A stretch of DNA of 39,086 bases from a virus (lineage: Duplodnaviria > Heunggongvirae > Uroviricota > Caudoviricetes): IMG/VR virus record IMGVR_UViG_2541047917_000011; one strand, 5' to 3'. The notes under the pieces are model-generated. The model was given only the letters and a program-made list of their open reading frames with translations, made no database searches and had not been told where the DNA came from. Each line of letters opens with the position of its first letter. Position 1 is the first letter of the stretch. A program made the translations under genes and the position numbers. Below are positions 9,678-20,110 of this stretch, piece by piece.

Positions 9678-11104
9678 CAGTTGCCCCCTTTCAGGGTTAA
9701 CAGGTATTCCGAGGTGATCTCAGTCTCAAACGTCAGTCGCTCCAGCGGCGGTGGTGGCGTATATTTGTAGCTCAGCAACAGGTGCCCGGCGGCCAGCTCC
9801 GTCTCCGGATTGCGGGCCGGATCAAACCAGCAACGGAAGCCCAGTACCGCACCATCACCAGTCATTTTGCGACCGTAGGCGTTGACCGACTCCGTCAGTG
9901 CATCAATCAGCGCCTGAGTAATCGGCATGTCGATGTACTGCTGGCTGAAATAACGAATGGACTCGTTGATCACATCACCGGTGCGGCGAACGTTCTCAAA
10001 GTTACGCATATGGGTGACCGTTGGCCATGCTGCCGTCCGGTTACCCCACAGACGAAGGCCGCTGCCGTAACTGCTGAATACCGTGGTGATCCCCTGTTCG
10101 TTAAGCAGGTTCACCTCACTCTGCGGGTCATCAATCATCGCGGACAGCTGGCGCTCCACGCCGGTGATCCCCAGAATCTCCTGATTGGAGGATGACCACC
10201 AGTAGCCCTTGTCCAGATCGACTCTGGCACGCAGACCTGCTGCACGCTGGCTGAGCGGCTCCAGACGCTCTGTGTTTGTCACCGGGTCATATACCTTCAC
10301 ATGCGGATAGCACAGACGGACGCGGTCGGAGCTGGTATTGAAGTTGATGGTGCCTTCCGGGCCACGACCTGCCAGAGCCTGTGCAAAGGTGGTACCGACA
10401 GGCGCATCAATGTAGGTTACCGCGCCCAGCTTCTCTGCCATGGCGATAAGCTCAACTGCGACACTCTTCTGGGTGCAGAACACCGGCGCAATCAGAATTT
10501 TGGCGAAATAGCCGTACAGGTTGAAGCTGTCGTTAAGCAGCTTCATGCCAGTTCGGTTTCCGGCGCTATTCACCCCGCCGATGATGTCCGCCGCAGTCAC
10601 CTTCGACGGGTCCGCGTACTCATAGCTCACCTTCACGCTGCCACCGGCCTCAATAGCCTTGCCCAGGTTCGTGAGCACACCCGCCTGCGCATCAACACGG
10701 TAGTCCGTGTTCGCCGTGTGGGTGGTGCTGCCTTCACTGTTTTTCACCACCACATTAGCGACAACCGGATGCGCCAGTCTGGCCTGCCCTGTCGATTTGT
10801 CAAAGGTAACCACCTCATCCTCGATCGCCGTTTTATGTTTCGCCGGGTCGAGGACGTTAATGACCAGAACGGTACCTGCACCATGGTCATAAATCGCATC
10901 CAGCGCCTGCGGAATGGTAAAGCCGGTGAACTGGCTGCCAAATGCCGCTGCGTCTTTCTCAGACAGGCACTGTACCAGCGTATTGACATCCCCCATCGGG
11001 GCGGTACCAATCAGGCCAATAACGGCAGATTTCACCGTTTTAACCGGGCGGGCTCCGTTTTCCACCTCAATGGTTTCGGGACCATGCAGATAGTTAGCTG
11101 CCAT
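9677..11104 (-). CDS. Contractile tail sheath protein (Mu L / P2 FI family)
   Basis: 475 aa ORF with sheath-family character, precedes tube gene. Confidence 0.85.
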   Translation of the reverse strand: MAANYLHGPETIEVENGARPVKTVKSAVIGLIGTAPMGDVNTLVQCLSEKDAAAFGSQFTGFTIPQALDAIYDHGAGTVLVINVLDPAKHKTAIEDEVVTFDKSTGQARLAHPVVANVVVKNSEGSTTHTANTDYRVDAQAGVLTNLGKAIEAGGSVKVSYEYADPSKVTAADIIGGVNSAGNRTGMKLLNDSFNLYGYFAKILIAPVFCTQKSVAVELIAMAEKLGAVTYIDAPVGTTFAQALAGRGPEGTINFNTSSDRVRLCYPHVKVYDPVTNTERLEPLSQRAAGLRARVDLDKGYWWSSSNQEILGITGVERQLSAMIDDPQSEVNLLNEQGITTVFSSYGSGLRLWGNRTAAWPTVTHMRNFENVRRTGDVINESIRYFSQQYIDMPITQALIDALTESVNAYGRKMTGDGAVLGFRCWFDPARNPETELAAGHLLLSYKYTPPPPLERLTFETEITSEYLLTLKGGN

Positions 11105-11348
11105 GGGTGTCCTCCGTTTTCACTTCGCTGTCACTGCTGCTTCTGCGCTTTGGTGACTGCACAGCCGGTGTGCCGGCGGGTTTAGTCTCTTCAGGTACCG
11201 GCGTCAGATGTTTCAGCGCCACCAGTACCTTCACGTAGTCATGCTCCTCCGGCAGGGAAACCGTCTTCCCCGGCCAGAGCAGGATTTCGGTTCCGTCCGA
11301 CAGCGTGACGCCGCTGGCCGGGCCGGAATAGCGGTATTCTTTCATCAC
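11094..11348 (-). CDS. Hypothetical small virion-module protein
   Basis: 84 aa ORF overlapping sheath start; conserved position in Mu-like late operons. Confidence 0.45.
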   Translation of the reverse strand: MMKEYRYSGPASGVTLSDGTEILLWPGKTVSLPEEHDYVKVLVALKHLTPVPEETKPAGTPAVQSPKRRSSSDSEVKTEDTHGS

Positions 11349-11809
11349 TCGCTTTCCTCATAGTTCACTTCGGTTAACAGCGGGCCGGACGGTAAATCGC
11401 TGTCTTCGATAAAGACGCTTTCAGTCGCGAAGTCGAGGGCGTACTGCCACAGCCCCCTGACTTCACCGATAAACACCTCGCGGGTCAGCCAGATACGGCG
11501 GCGGCAGCCGGGCGGGGTGTGGCCACCGAGAATGCGGCGGACAGCATCCAGGACATTAATCGCCCCTTTTTTACCGTTGAGCTGGCGGAAGACCACCGTG
11601 ACGCAGAGCTGGATAGTCTGAGACTGGATCACCGCACCGGTATCATCCGGCCTGTCAAAGCGCGAACCGGCATAGCTCAACAGCAACGCGCCAACCGGAT
11701 GGTTCAGGCGATATTCAGCCGGTTTCTCCGGGAAGTACTCCACCTGCAGTTGCGGCAGCTTCTCGCGTAACCGGGCCAGTACCGCATCAAGGACGGGCAG
11801 AACGTTCAT
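11345..11809 (-). CDS. Mu gp37-like virion protein (DUF1834-type)
   Basis: 154 aa, position between gp36-like and sheath genes. Confidence 0.55.
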   Translation of the reverse strand: MNVLPVLDAVLARLREKLPQLQVEYFPEKPAEYRLNHPVGALLLSYAGSRFDRPDDTGAVIQSQTIQLCVTVVFRQLNGKKGAINVLDAVRRILGGHTPPGCRRRIWLTREVFIGEVRGLWQYALDFATESVFIEDSDLPSGPLLTEVNYEESE

Positions 11810-12255
11810 CAGTATTTCTCCAGTAAACCGTCACGACCGCCGAAAGTGGCCGGGCGACTGCGTACACGAAACTCGCCAGGCTCAGGCACATCTTTCTGAG
11901 TGGACGGCAGCCCCAGCGTGAGCCTGTTATCACGTAACTCCCTGAGTTGCCGCAGCGCTTCTTTGTGGTCATCCTTCACCGTATCCGGGAGGTCACCTTC
12001 CGGGCGGCGGGCGTAGAGCCGGTAACGGACCAGCGTGATGGCAATGTCCCGCAGAACAGTCGGTATCTCTGCCAGTGGCAGGATATAGCGTCCGCGCAGA
12101 TGGGCATCAATCAGCTCGTCGGCATAGCGGATACAGCTGTCCACCACACGGGTATTCACTGTTGCAGGCGAGTCGAAGTCCATCTCTTCACTGGTGAGCT
12201 CGATAAGCGTCCGCTCCGGCACCTGCGCAAGCAAATCCTCCAGGGTGCAGTACAT
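11809..12255 (-). CDS. Mu gp36-like protein (DUF1320-type), probable head-tail joining
   Basis: ORF track gives 11809..12417; internal ATG at 12255 (MYCTLEDLL...) chosen because it abuts the stop of the upstream ORF at 12257. Confidence 0.55.
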   Translation of the reverse strand: MYCTLEDLLAQVPERTLIELTSEEMDFDSPATVNTRVVDSCIRYADELIDAHLRGRYILPLAEIPTVLRDIAITLVRYRLYARRPEGDLPDTVKDDHKEALRQLRELRDNRLTLGLPSTQKDVPEPGEFRVRSRPATFGGRDGLLEKY

Positions 12256-12256
12256 G

Positions 12257-12595
12257 TCACACCCCGCGCAGGATACGAATGACGTCGCCTTCACCCCCGG
12301 CTTCATCAAGTGCAATACCACAGGATTTACCGTCGCCGGACTGCGGCACGGCTCTGGCCTGAGCATCTGACTGAACAGCCACACCACGGCTGACAGCGGC
12401 CCCGGCCTCGACAGCAATAATGCCCAGAACGCTCACCGGCGTGCTGTCGCCGGTAACAGCATCCACTTCGGCAACCCCGAGCGCTGCGGCACCGGCTTTA
12501 CAGGGGGTATTATCTGCCCCGACAAAACGCTGCTGTGCCAGTGCTGCCCCTGCCGTTACGGTTGTGATCAGAATGACCTGCTGAGTGGTTCCCAT
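12257..12595 (-). CDS. Hypothetical Ala/Gly-rich head-associated protein
   Basis: 112 aa ORF between major capsid and gp36-like genes. Confidence 0.4.
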   Translation of the reverse strand: MGTTQQVILITTVTAGAALAQQRFVGADNTPCKAGAAALGVAEVDAVTGDSTPVSVLGIIAVEAGAAVSRGVAVQSDAQARAVPQSGDGKSCGIALDEAGGEGDVIRILRGV

Positions 12596-12604
12596 AACGC
12601 CTCC

Positions 12605-13558
12605 TTATTTACTGATACCGGTAATGAGATACCCGGCATCGCCACCAACCACGGCGACTTTGTAGATATCGGTATAACGGCAGTACTTCACCTTGCCACC
12701 GGCTCCGTCGTATTTGTCGGCAACAGGCATCCCCTTACGACGCAGGGTGTAGCCGAAGGACGGCTCGTTCTCGTCCGCGCTGTCCGCCCCCGGCTGCGGT
12801 TTGCCGACATAGTGCAGCATCAGATTGTCTCCCCAGATATCCGCCGGCACGCTGTTCTTATCCATTGCCGCTTTCATGGACGGCAGGGAGACCGGGGCAC
12901 CGATGACGATCTCTTCGATCTGAAAGAGGTCCTGCAGGATTTCTGTGGTGATGCGCTTGCGTTCGTTGGCTCCGATAGCGGCCTGAATCGCCGGGTGGAA
13001 CTTCAGCAGCGCCATCACGCCGGCCCCCATGGTCATCAGGTTAGGACGCAGCCCCGTGGCCGTACGGACCGCTTCCATACCGGCTTCAATCACCCCGATG
13101 GGGTCCCCCTTACCACCGGCCCAGCGATCACTGGCTGTCAGTTTTTTGACGTGCCCGGTACGGTAGACCTTTTCATCCTGAGCCAGACGGGCAGCGATAA
13201 GTTCACGGCGCAGGTTCACGCCATTCGTGGCGCGACGGATGGCCTTGCTCTCTTCGTTAAACATGGACTCCGCCTGCTCGCGATAGTCCACCGGCGCAGC
13301 CAGATCGTGTTCACCCAGCACCAGGTCCAGCGTGCCTGTTTTTTCACGGACCAGAACATTGCTGTCCGCCCCGACGGCACGCTCGGTGTCATATTCCACA
13401 AAGGCGGTTTTCCCGAAGGTCGGTACACGCACGCCTTCCTTGTCCGTCAGCACGACGGGGAAAATACGTTCGCCGATGAATGCGGCATTTTTATAGCCAC
13501 GGGCGATACTGGTCAGTACCGGATCAACGACACGTTTACCTTTTAAGTAATCAGACAT
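12605..13558 (-). CDS. Major head subunit (Mu T family)
   Basis: 317 aa ORF following protease/scaffold gene. Confidence 0.85.
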   Translation of the reverse strand: MSDYLKGKRVVDPVLTSIARGYKNAAFIGERIFPVVLTDKEGVRVPTFGKTAFVEYDTERAVGADSNVLVREKTGTLDLVLGEHDLAAPVDYREQAESMFNEESKAIRRATNGVNLRRELIAARLAQDEKVYRTGHVKKLTASDRWAGGKGDPIGVIEAGMEAVRTATGLRPNLMTMGAGVMALLKFHPAIQAAIGANERKRITTEILQDLFQIEEIVIGAPVSLPSMKAAMDKNSVPADIWGDNLMLHYVGKPQPGADSADENEPSFGYTLRRKGMPVADKYDGAGGKVKYCRYTDIYKVAVVGGDAGYLITGISK

Positions 13559-13572
13559 GCTCTCTCCTTAAA

Positions 13573-14688
13573 TTACAGGCAGCGTGCGACAGCAGCCTCA
13601 TAGCTGATGCCTTCTTTTTTGGACAGGGCCACTGCTTTCTGATGCAGGGCCAGACGCTCAGGATCGGCTTCCGCAAACTCTGCCACATCCACCTTCACCG
13701 TGTCGCCGACACGCTCTTTTGTGGCCTGTTCGGCGAAATTCATCACCGGCTCCCCGTCGGAGAGCAATGAACGAAAGGCGGTGGCCAGCGGTGTGCGGCT
13801 TTCCCCCTCAGCAAACTCCACCGGCTTGTCGCCACCGGCGACGGCATCCAGCAGGGCAACCACCACGGAGGAGGCGCGGGGAGCCAGACGGCCCTCTGCG
13901 ACCAGTTTTTCTGCAAAGGCCACATTGTCCTTATGCAGTTGCTCCTGTCTGACCTGTGCATCACGCGCATCGCGATCAGCAGCCTGCTGCTTCAGGCGGC
14001 GGTTCTCCTCCTGAAGGGCTTCAATCTCTTCTTTTGTCATCGATGATTCCTCGTTACTTGCGGAAGACGGCCCCGGGCCTGTCTCACTGAATTGTGCACC
14101 TGCTGCATCCTGCGACAGTGTGTCGCGGTACGCCTCTTCGCGCAGACTGTTGAGCTGCCATTCCGGCAGGACTTTTTCTGCCTCGTCCAGACTGAAGCGG
14201 GCGATCAGAAAATCGCGCAGCTTTCCCCACAGGGAGGCATTCGTGATGGCCTGCCAGTCGGCGAACTCCACCACACCTTCTTCCTGCTCACTGAAGGACA
14301 CCTGTTTCAGCCCCTTGACGGAAGGTGGCTGTGCCCCGAGAAAGCCCACATGGCGAAGGTAGAGCACGCCGGGCTTCGGATTGGACGGTGAATCCGGGAG
14401 GTAGAAAGAGGCGGACACTTTTTTGAATCGTCCGTCGGTGACCATCTCAGCAAACTGCGGGTCCAGCTGGGCAGGCTCTGCCATCAGATCGACGCCGCTG
14501 AGCGACAGGGCTTTCACCCAGCCCCACGCCGGGTCTTCCGTTCTGGGATGACCAATCACGAGTGGTGCTTCATGGACGGACGGGTCATAGGCTTTCACGC
14601 AGGCGGCAAGATCGTCTGGCGTGAACGGCAGTTTTTTGCCGTGCATATCGGTATGAGTACCGGCTTTAAAAATGTGAATGGCTGACAT
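13573..14688 (-). CDS. Head maturation protease / scaffold (Mu I family)
   Basis: 371 aa; N-terminal protease-like region, charged coiled-coil C-terminal half (EEIEALQEENRRLKQQAADRDARD). Confidence 0.8.
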   Translation of the reverse strand: MSAIHIFKAGTHTDMHGKKLPFTPDDLAACVKAYDPSVHEAPLVIGHPRTEDPAWGWVKALSLSGVDLMAEPAQLDPQFAEMVTDGRFKKVSASFYLPDSPSNPKPGVLYLRHVGFLGAQPPSVKGLKQVSFSEQEEGVVEFADWQAITNASLWGKLRDFLIARFSLDEAEKVLPEWQLNSLREEAYRDTLSQDAAGAQFSETGPGPSSASNEESSMTKEEIEALQEENRRLKQQAADRDARDAQVRQEQLHKDNVAFAEKLVAEGRLAPRASSVVVALLDAVAGGDKPVEFAEGESRTPLATAFRSLLSDGEPVMNFAEQATKERVGDTVKVDVAEFAEADPERLALHQKAVALSKKEGISYEAAVARCL

Positions 14689-14902
14689 TTTGCTGTCCCG
14701 CGTTATGTTGTCGGAGACAGTTTGTGAGAAATGCAGGCCCGGCGATTTTAATCTGCTTTAGAAAACATCAGGGGAGAAGGACAGGGAAAGCAATGCGGTG
14801 AACCGGAGGCGGTTATAAAACAGAGGCTGTAAAGCCTTTATAAAGGTAATACAGCCCCTCATTCGCTGGCAATGATAAATCACCCGCCTGAAGAGAGAAA
14901 AC

Positions 14903-15361
14903 TCAGCGACGGGCCGCTGATTCAAGATGGCGGACAATGGTATCGAGGATGGGGATTACCACTTCAGGCTGTAGTTCTCCATCCCCCGTCACCGGCAGGA
15001 ACGGGCGGGCCGGAAGTTCAACAGACTCATTACGCCCCGTTTTACCCCCGAACTGGTGAATGGCACCGTAAACAACGTTGGTCCCCACAACAGCCTGCCG
15101 GTCGTCATGGTCGGTTGATACTGACCCCATCAGACGCCCGGTATCCTGCAGTGTCTGCCCGTCACGTTCTTCCGCTGCCAGCGAGGGGATCCACCCCGGA
15201 CGCCCCTCATCAAGAAAGTTAAACTGTGTTTCCGCCAGCAGGGTTCCGGCGATTTTGCGCATCGCGGGCTCCAGGTCTGTGGCAGCAAGATCCAGCGCAC
15301 GGAGGCTCCGGCGCAGGGATTTATCGTTAATGGTGATACTGACCAGGTTATCGGAAGCCAT
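14903..15361 (-). CDS. Virion morphogenesis protein (Mu G family)
   Basis: 152 aa, position between F-like and I-like genes. Confidence 0.75.
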   Translation of the reverse strand: MASDNLVSITINDKSLRRSLRALDLAATDLEPAMRKIAGTLLAETQFNFLDEGRPGWIPSLAAEERDGQTLQDTGRLMGSVSTDHDDRQAVVGTNVVYGAIHQFGGKTGRNESVELPARPFLPVTGDGELQPEVVIPILDTIVRHLESAARR

Positions 15362-15363
15362 TG

Positions 15364-16212
15364 TTATCCTCTCAGTTCCTGTTGTGCCAGTGGCTGAAGC
15401 GTACCCTGATAGCGGGCCAGGTCGGGACGGTATGCTGCCCCCGGTGCATAAGACCAGCCGACGTCGGTGGTCACCTTCGTGGTGCCGGTATTAAAGGTGG
15501 CCACGTTCCGCATTTCGCCGGTTTTCTCTGAGACCAGTTTCAGTTCCTGGCCCATGGCAGAGCCGGAGCTGATAACCTTCAGGCCACGGGCACGTACATC
15601 CGCCGCACTCAGGGCAATCACACTACAGCGGCAGCGCCAGCCGTTCGGCGGGTAAAATGCCTGCCAGAACGGGTCATCCCAGCGCAGCACCAGACCATGC
15701 AGCGCCAGATGGCTCCTGCGGGTATGGCTGTCGTTGATGCCGGTATACATCCAGTACGGCCTGTCGTCGACGTTTTCCATCTGTTCCGCCCAACGACCGG
15801 CGCTGTAGAGTACGGACATATTGGTGCGAAAGATGGTATCGAGCCGCCACGGACTGCCCTGCTGAATGGTGACCGGCTTACCCGTTACCGGGTCAGTCGT
15901 GTCACGTGGTCCCCACCATCCCTTACGCTTCAGCACCGGCTCCAGCTCCTGCCGGAACCAGCGATCGGTTTTTCCTTCATCGACAGCCTGCTGCAGTGCC
16001 CCGCGAATATCTTCCAGGATATCCAGGCGGGTCACTTTAGCAACGGTAAAGGCGCGGGCATGGGCCTCCTGCCACATTTCTTCCCAGTCCCAGGTAATCT
16101 GATACCCTTTGGACTTCAGGTAACTGACTGCCCGCTTCGGGGGAAGCGTCATGCAGTACGCCAGTTCAGCCGTTGTCACGCTCATGCAGACGTCCCCGGA
16201 TATTTGCCACAA
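15364..16212 (-). CDS. Head morphogenesis protein (Mu F / gp30 family)
   Basis: 282 aa after portal gene; true start may be an internal Met (MSVTT, ~16185). Confidence 0.75.
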   Translation of the reverse strand: MWQISGDVCMSVTTAELAYCMTLPPKRAVSYLKSKGYQITWDWEEMWQEAHARAFTVAKVTRLDILEDIRGALQQAVDEGKTDRWFRQELEPVLKRKGWWGPRDTTDPVTGKPVTIQQGSPWRLDTIFRTNMSVLYSAGRWAEQMENVDDRPYWMYTGINDSHTRRSHLALHGLVLRWDDPFWQAFYPPNGWRCRCSVIALSAADVRARGLKVISSGSAMGQELKLVSEKTGEMRNVATFNTGTTKVTTDVGWSYAPGAAYRPDLARYQGTLQPLAQQELRG

Positions 16213-17662
16213 AGAGAATACGGGCCAGCCGTTCCTGCAGATCGTCCGTGTTCATCTGAGGGTAGAGCTCCGCCAGTTCGCCCAGCAGCTCAGTCGGGTT
16301 AACCCCGTTTTCGACCCGCTTAAACAGAGGTGCCAGGACGGGTTCCAGCGCGCCATTTAACACACCTCCGTTCATCAGAATGTCCAGCGCGTCGTCAAGC
16401 TGCTGCTGAGCCTGAATATCGGCATCAATCGCCTCGGCAAATGACAGCGGCAGCATGTTATTCTGGCGTTCCGACGGTGATGTCTCGTCAATATCGCCGT
16501 CCTGCAGTTGGTACTCACGCTTAAAGTATTGCGGGGTCAGACGCAGACCCGCCCGGGTGAGTTTTTCGTCGCGGGTGGCGCGGGTGTCATCAATGGTCTC
16601 CTGTTCCCACATGGCCCAGACCGGACACGGCACATCGCCGAAGTTCAGGGTGACCACCGTTCTGATAACCTGATTCACTGCTGCCTGAATGATGTCCGCA
16701 TCCGCATCGCGGATATCAGCCGTTACCTCCAGCCCGGCCTGTGCAGAGGCCTTGTTACTGTTCGCTTCCGTGGTCTGATTCTGACCAAGTAATGCAATGG
16801 AGATCTCACTGCGTGACAGTGTGATCAGCTCGCGGAATACCTCGCTGCTGTCCGCCTTACCATCCGCGGCTTTGAGTTCGATGCTGCTGTCATCGGGGAT
16901 GGTGGCCACCGCGTCCTCCACCATCTGCTCCATGGAGTCCAGCAGTTTTTCAATCTCTGCATCATTTGCACCCCTCGGGTGCTTACCGATCACCCACGGG
17001 GAGCCAAACTTTTCGGCAAAGCGGAGCCAGAATTTCATCCCGCCTTTCTTGAAGGCGACCGGCCAGAAGCACATGGACAGGTCCGGGAAACCGTAAGGAT
17101 TGTCATACGAGGCATCCTGTGCCGGCACCACGAATTTTGACGGTGACAGCAGCTCACCCTCCACACCCGCATCACGCGCCCGGAAGCGCAGGCAGTTGTC
17201 CGTATCAAACTGAAACCACTCAGGCGGTTTGCCGACAATATCCGTCACTGCCCACGCCCTGACCGAACGGCCCCACATGATTTCACAGGGCTGATACCCG
17301 TAGAGCACGGCATCACTCATCTCACCGATGATGCGGGACAGATCCAGATCGTCGAGCATGTCGCGGATGAAACGGAAGACCCGGGCAGAAGCGTGACCGC
17401 GCTCCAGTCCACGCTCCAGTGATTTGAGCGCTGCTTTACGTCTGCGGATACAGCCCCCAACCAGCGGGTCGGTGCGCAGTTCGCGGTAGATACGGATATC
17501 CCGTCCCTGAGCCTTGAGAATGGGATCAGGATTGGGCAGATACATGCCCAGTCCGTAAAAGTCGATCGCGCGGCTGCGGGAGGCAATCTGCGCGGTCAGT
17601 GATTTCTGAGGCTCAGAAAAAGCAACAAATTCATCGGGTGAAACCCAGATACCCCTCGCCAT
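16166..17662 (-). CDS. Portal protein (Mu gp29, DUF935 family)
   Basis: 498 aa ORF directly after terminase large subunit (overlap at 17662). Confidence 0.8.
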   Translation of the reverse strand: MARGIWVSPDEFVAFSEPQKSLTAQIASRSRAIDFYGLGMYLPNPDPILKAQGRDIRIYRELRTDPLVGGCIRRRKAALKSLERGLERGHASARVFRFIRDMLDDLDLSRIIGEMSDAVLYGYQPCEIMWGRSVRAWAVTDIVGKPPEWFQFDTDNCLRFRARDAGVEGELLSPSKFVVPAQDASYDNPYGFPDLSMCFWPVAFKKGGMKFWLRFAEKFGSPWVIGKHPRGANDAEIEKLLDSMEQMVEDAVATIPDDSSIELKAADGKADSSEVFRELITLSRSEISIALLGQNQTTEANSNKASAQAGLEVTADIRDADADIIQAAVNQVIRTVVTLNFGDVPCPVWAMWEQETIDDTRATRDEKLTRAGLRLTPQYFKREYQLQDGDIDETSPSERQNNMLPLSFAEAIDADIQAQQQLDDALDILMNGGVLNGALEPVLAPLFKRVENGVNPTELLGELAELYPQMNTDDLQERLARILFVANIRGRLHERDNG

Positions 17663-19257
17663 CAGAATCCCTCCAGCATACGGGCCGCCTGACGACGACG
17701 GCGTGAGCTTGCCTTCACCGGCCCTTTGTTAATTTCACGGCTGGCGAAATACGCCAGCGCCAGTGCGATGGCTGAATCCCCGTGGCGTTTACCACCGTCA
17801 GCCTTTGCTTTTGAGCGTTGCTCCGGTACGCGGGGGACACCGTTCACCACCTGAACGGCCCGCAGGTCATCCAGTGTGTCTTCATCCTTTGGTAAGTCCA
17901 CCAGGTTACCGTCTTCCAGTGCAGCTTTGACCGGAGGCATATGCTCCCGGTACCAGCCTTCGGTTGGCATCACCTGCTGAACCCGGCCGGAGCCGTAGCG
18001 CTGCATGGCGTATTCAGCCAGATAGGCACCATTACCACGGGCATCAAACGCTGCACCCAGCAGACCGGGCAGGCCATCCATCAGATACCAGGTGATTTGC
18101 TCCTGCTGTCTGAACGGCACGTTACGCAGCTCCAGTACGAATGGCACGCGTCGTACCAGGTTCTTCTCCTGCAGCAGGGGATAGTCCACCGACAAATCAC
18201 CGCTACGGCCAAAGTCGCGCCCCAGGAAAGAGCGGGCATCAGTGGGGAGTGCCTCCAGCAAGGGTTTCAGATACTCATCAAGCCAGTCCTGCGTCTCGCG
18301 GAAGCGAACCTCATCAGACAGCAGTTCATAACCTTCCTTGCAGGTCAGACGCAATACCGGCGTATCAGCGGACATGCGGGACTCTATCAGGGCACGGGAC
18401 AGCCAGGCACCGCCACCGTTGGCCGGAATACAGTCAAGCTCTTCGGATGCGCCGGCACCGTAGAATTTGTACACCGATGCCATCCAGGCCTGCTCGGATG
18501 CCTCCGACCATTCCTTCCCGGTGCGCAGACAGACGCGCCGGAACAGCCCCTCAGATACGGCTTCCCGGAAAGTGATGCGATGTATGCTGCCTCCCTGACG
18601 TCCGGCACGGATATCCCCGATAAGCGTATTGAACGGATTGTCGTCACCGTCATGGGTGGAGATAACGCGTACCTTTCCCCCCCAGATAAGCATCGCCAGC
18701 GCCGCTTTCAGCAGTTCGTCCAGTTGCTCATGGAACGCCGCTTCGTCGATAACAATAATACCCTGACGGCCACGCAGGTTAGACGGGCGGCTGGAGAGCG
18801 CAACAATACGAAAGCCGGAGTCAGGAAATTTGATGGTGTAAGTCCTGATGTGTTTGTCGTCGTCGTCCTCTTCCCAGAATCCTTCTTCAATTTCACTGGC
18901 CGCATAGTTGAATGCCCGTGCCCACATCGCACACGCCTGAATGTATTCGACGGTCATGTCCTGGTTATAAGCGATGTAATACACATTCATCCCGCCTGCT
19001 GGCGCAGAAGAGGCGGCGCTCAGTACGTTATCGGATGCCTCAGCCCATGTAATACCGGTACGACGGCTCTTTTCTATCACCTTAAGCGGAGAGGTGTCTG
19101 CCACCCAGCGCTGCTGGTAAGGCAACAGAACGGGAGGAGCATCCAGCGCCGAGGTATCAGGCAAAACGGGAGCAAGGTTATTCCTCCCGTCCATGGGACT
19201 CATCCCTTCGGGGCCACCGCCAGCGGCGTTTAAAATCACTCCGGATGATTTTGTCAT
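17662..19257 (-). CDS. Terminase large subunit (Mu gp28 family)
   Basis: 531 aa; nuclease/ATPase-like motifs; follows small-subunit-like gene with 4-nt overlap. Confidence 0.85.
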   Translation of the reverse strand: MTKSSGVILNAAGGGPEGMSPMDGRNNLAPVLPDTSALDAPPVLLPYQQRWVADTSPLKVIEKSRRTGITWAEASDNVLSAASSAPAGGMNVYYIAYNQDMTVEYIQACAMWARAFNYAASEIEEGFWEEDDDDKHIRTYTIKFPDSGFRIVALSSRPSNLRGRQGIIVIDEAAFHEQLDELLKAALAMLIWGGKVRVISTHDGDDNPFNTLIGDIRAGRQGGSIHRITFREAVSEGLFRRVCLRTGKEWSEASEQAWMASVYKFYGAGASEELDCIPANGGGAWLSRALIESRMSADTPVLRLTCKEGYELLSDEVRFRETQDWLDEYLKPLLEALPTDARSFLGRDFGRSGDLSVDYPLLQEKNLVRRVPFVLELRNVPFRQQEQITWYLMDGLPGLLGAAFDARGNGAYLAEYAMQRYGSGRVQQVMPTEGWYREHMPPVKAALEDGNLVDLPKDEDTLDDLRAVQVVNGVPRVPEQRSKAKADGGKRHGDSAIALALAYFASREINKGPVKASSRRRRQAARMLEGF

Positions 19258-19799
19258 GTGGCAATCCCCAGAATCTCGCGACGAAGCGCCTGTACTGCGT
19301 CGCTTGACAGTCCCCCCTTACGGGCAATTTTCTCGGCGTTGCTGGCTGCCTGCTGCGCTCTGGCCCGTACTTCAGACTGGAACTTTTTGAGGTTGACGGA
19401 CGCGCGGGACAGCGTAGCCACATTCTTCGCCACCTTCGACAGCAGGGCCACGCGTTCTTTAGGATCGACTTCGCCTTCTTCCGCCTCCTGCAACTGGACA
19501 ATACTCTCGAACAGCTCGGTCTGAATAAGGGCTATCACAGCCTCCGAACGCGCATCCTGATCGTCTGCTGCGCCTTCGGTCAGCATGCGGGCCGCTTCTG
19601 TTGCCGCACGGATAGCACCATAGCGGCGCTCAATCTTCTGTCCATAGCGATGGATAGCGGATTTGCTGATGACGTACCCCCGCTCACGCAGCAGGGACTC
19701 CAGCTCGTTATACCCGCTGAAGCCGGATTCAGTCAGCGCCCGTTCAAGCCAGCGGCGCACATCTTCCGGCAGCTTTTCTATTGTGCTGCGTCTGGCCAT
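19254..19799 (-). CDS. Terminase small subunit-like protein (Mu gp27, DUF3486 type)
   Basis: 181 aa, N-terminal HTH-like, coiled-coil C-terminus, precedes TerL. Confidence 0.65.
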   Translation of the reverse strand: MARRSTIEKLPEDVRRWLERALTESGFSGYNELESLLRERGYVISKSAIHRYGQKIERRYGAIRAATEAARMLTEGAADDQDARSEAVIALIQTELFESIVQLQEAEEGEVDPKERVALLSKVAKNVATLSRASVNLKKFQSEVRARAQQAASNAEKIARKGGLSSDAVQALRREILGIAT

Positions 19800-20110
19800 T
19801 ATTCACTCCAGTACTTTTCCGGGCGGGCAATACCCGGACCACATTCCACGGTGTATTCCACCAGGTCTACGCCGAGGCGGGTCAGGTCAGCAAACCAGTC
19901 GCCAGAAGGTTTTTTCTCCAGATCAACCATTTTACGGTCAGCCAGATAATCCAGTTCGCGGCGCAGTTCCAGCGGTGTGGTGTCCGGGTAGATGGCACGG
20001 GACACATCCAGCAGCAGCGTCTCGCTGGCGGTGTAAGGGCGGGTCTTGTTCAGGGCAACCAGCAGACTCCAGCGCAGGGATTCGCGGCGTACCCGGGTAA
20101 TATCGACCAT
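19799..20110 (-). CDS. Hypothetical protein (Mu gp26 position)
   Basis: 103 aa ORF, stop/start overlaps. Confidence 0.45.
   Translation of the reverse strand: MVDITRVRRESLRWSLLVALNKTRPYTASETLLLDVSRAIYPDTTPLELRRELDYLADRKMVDLEKKPSGDWFADLTRLGVDLVEYTVECGPGIARPEKYWSE

Noticed and set aside
14689-14902. Anti-CRISPR / aca operon at the G-I junction, as in Pseudomonas Mu-like phages
   Set aside because: No ORF longer than about 34 codons on the transcribed strand and no HTH gene; the gap seems purely regulatory.
17941-19233. 430-aa plus-strand ORF (also 10301-11185, 5909-6727, 685-1179, 1645-2118, 9099-9674, 12812-13546, 15697-16302)
   Set aside because: All lie antisense to well-supported minus-strand structural genes in GC-rich DNA; they look like shadow ORFs with low-complexity Arg/Pro/Gly-rich translations and no RBS or operon context.
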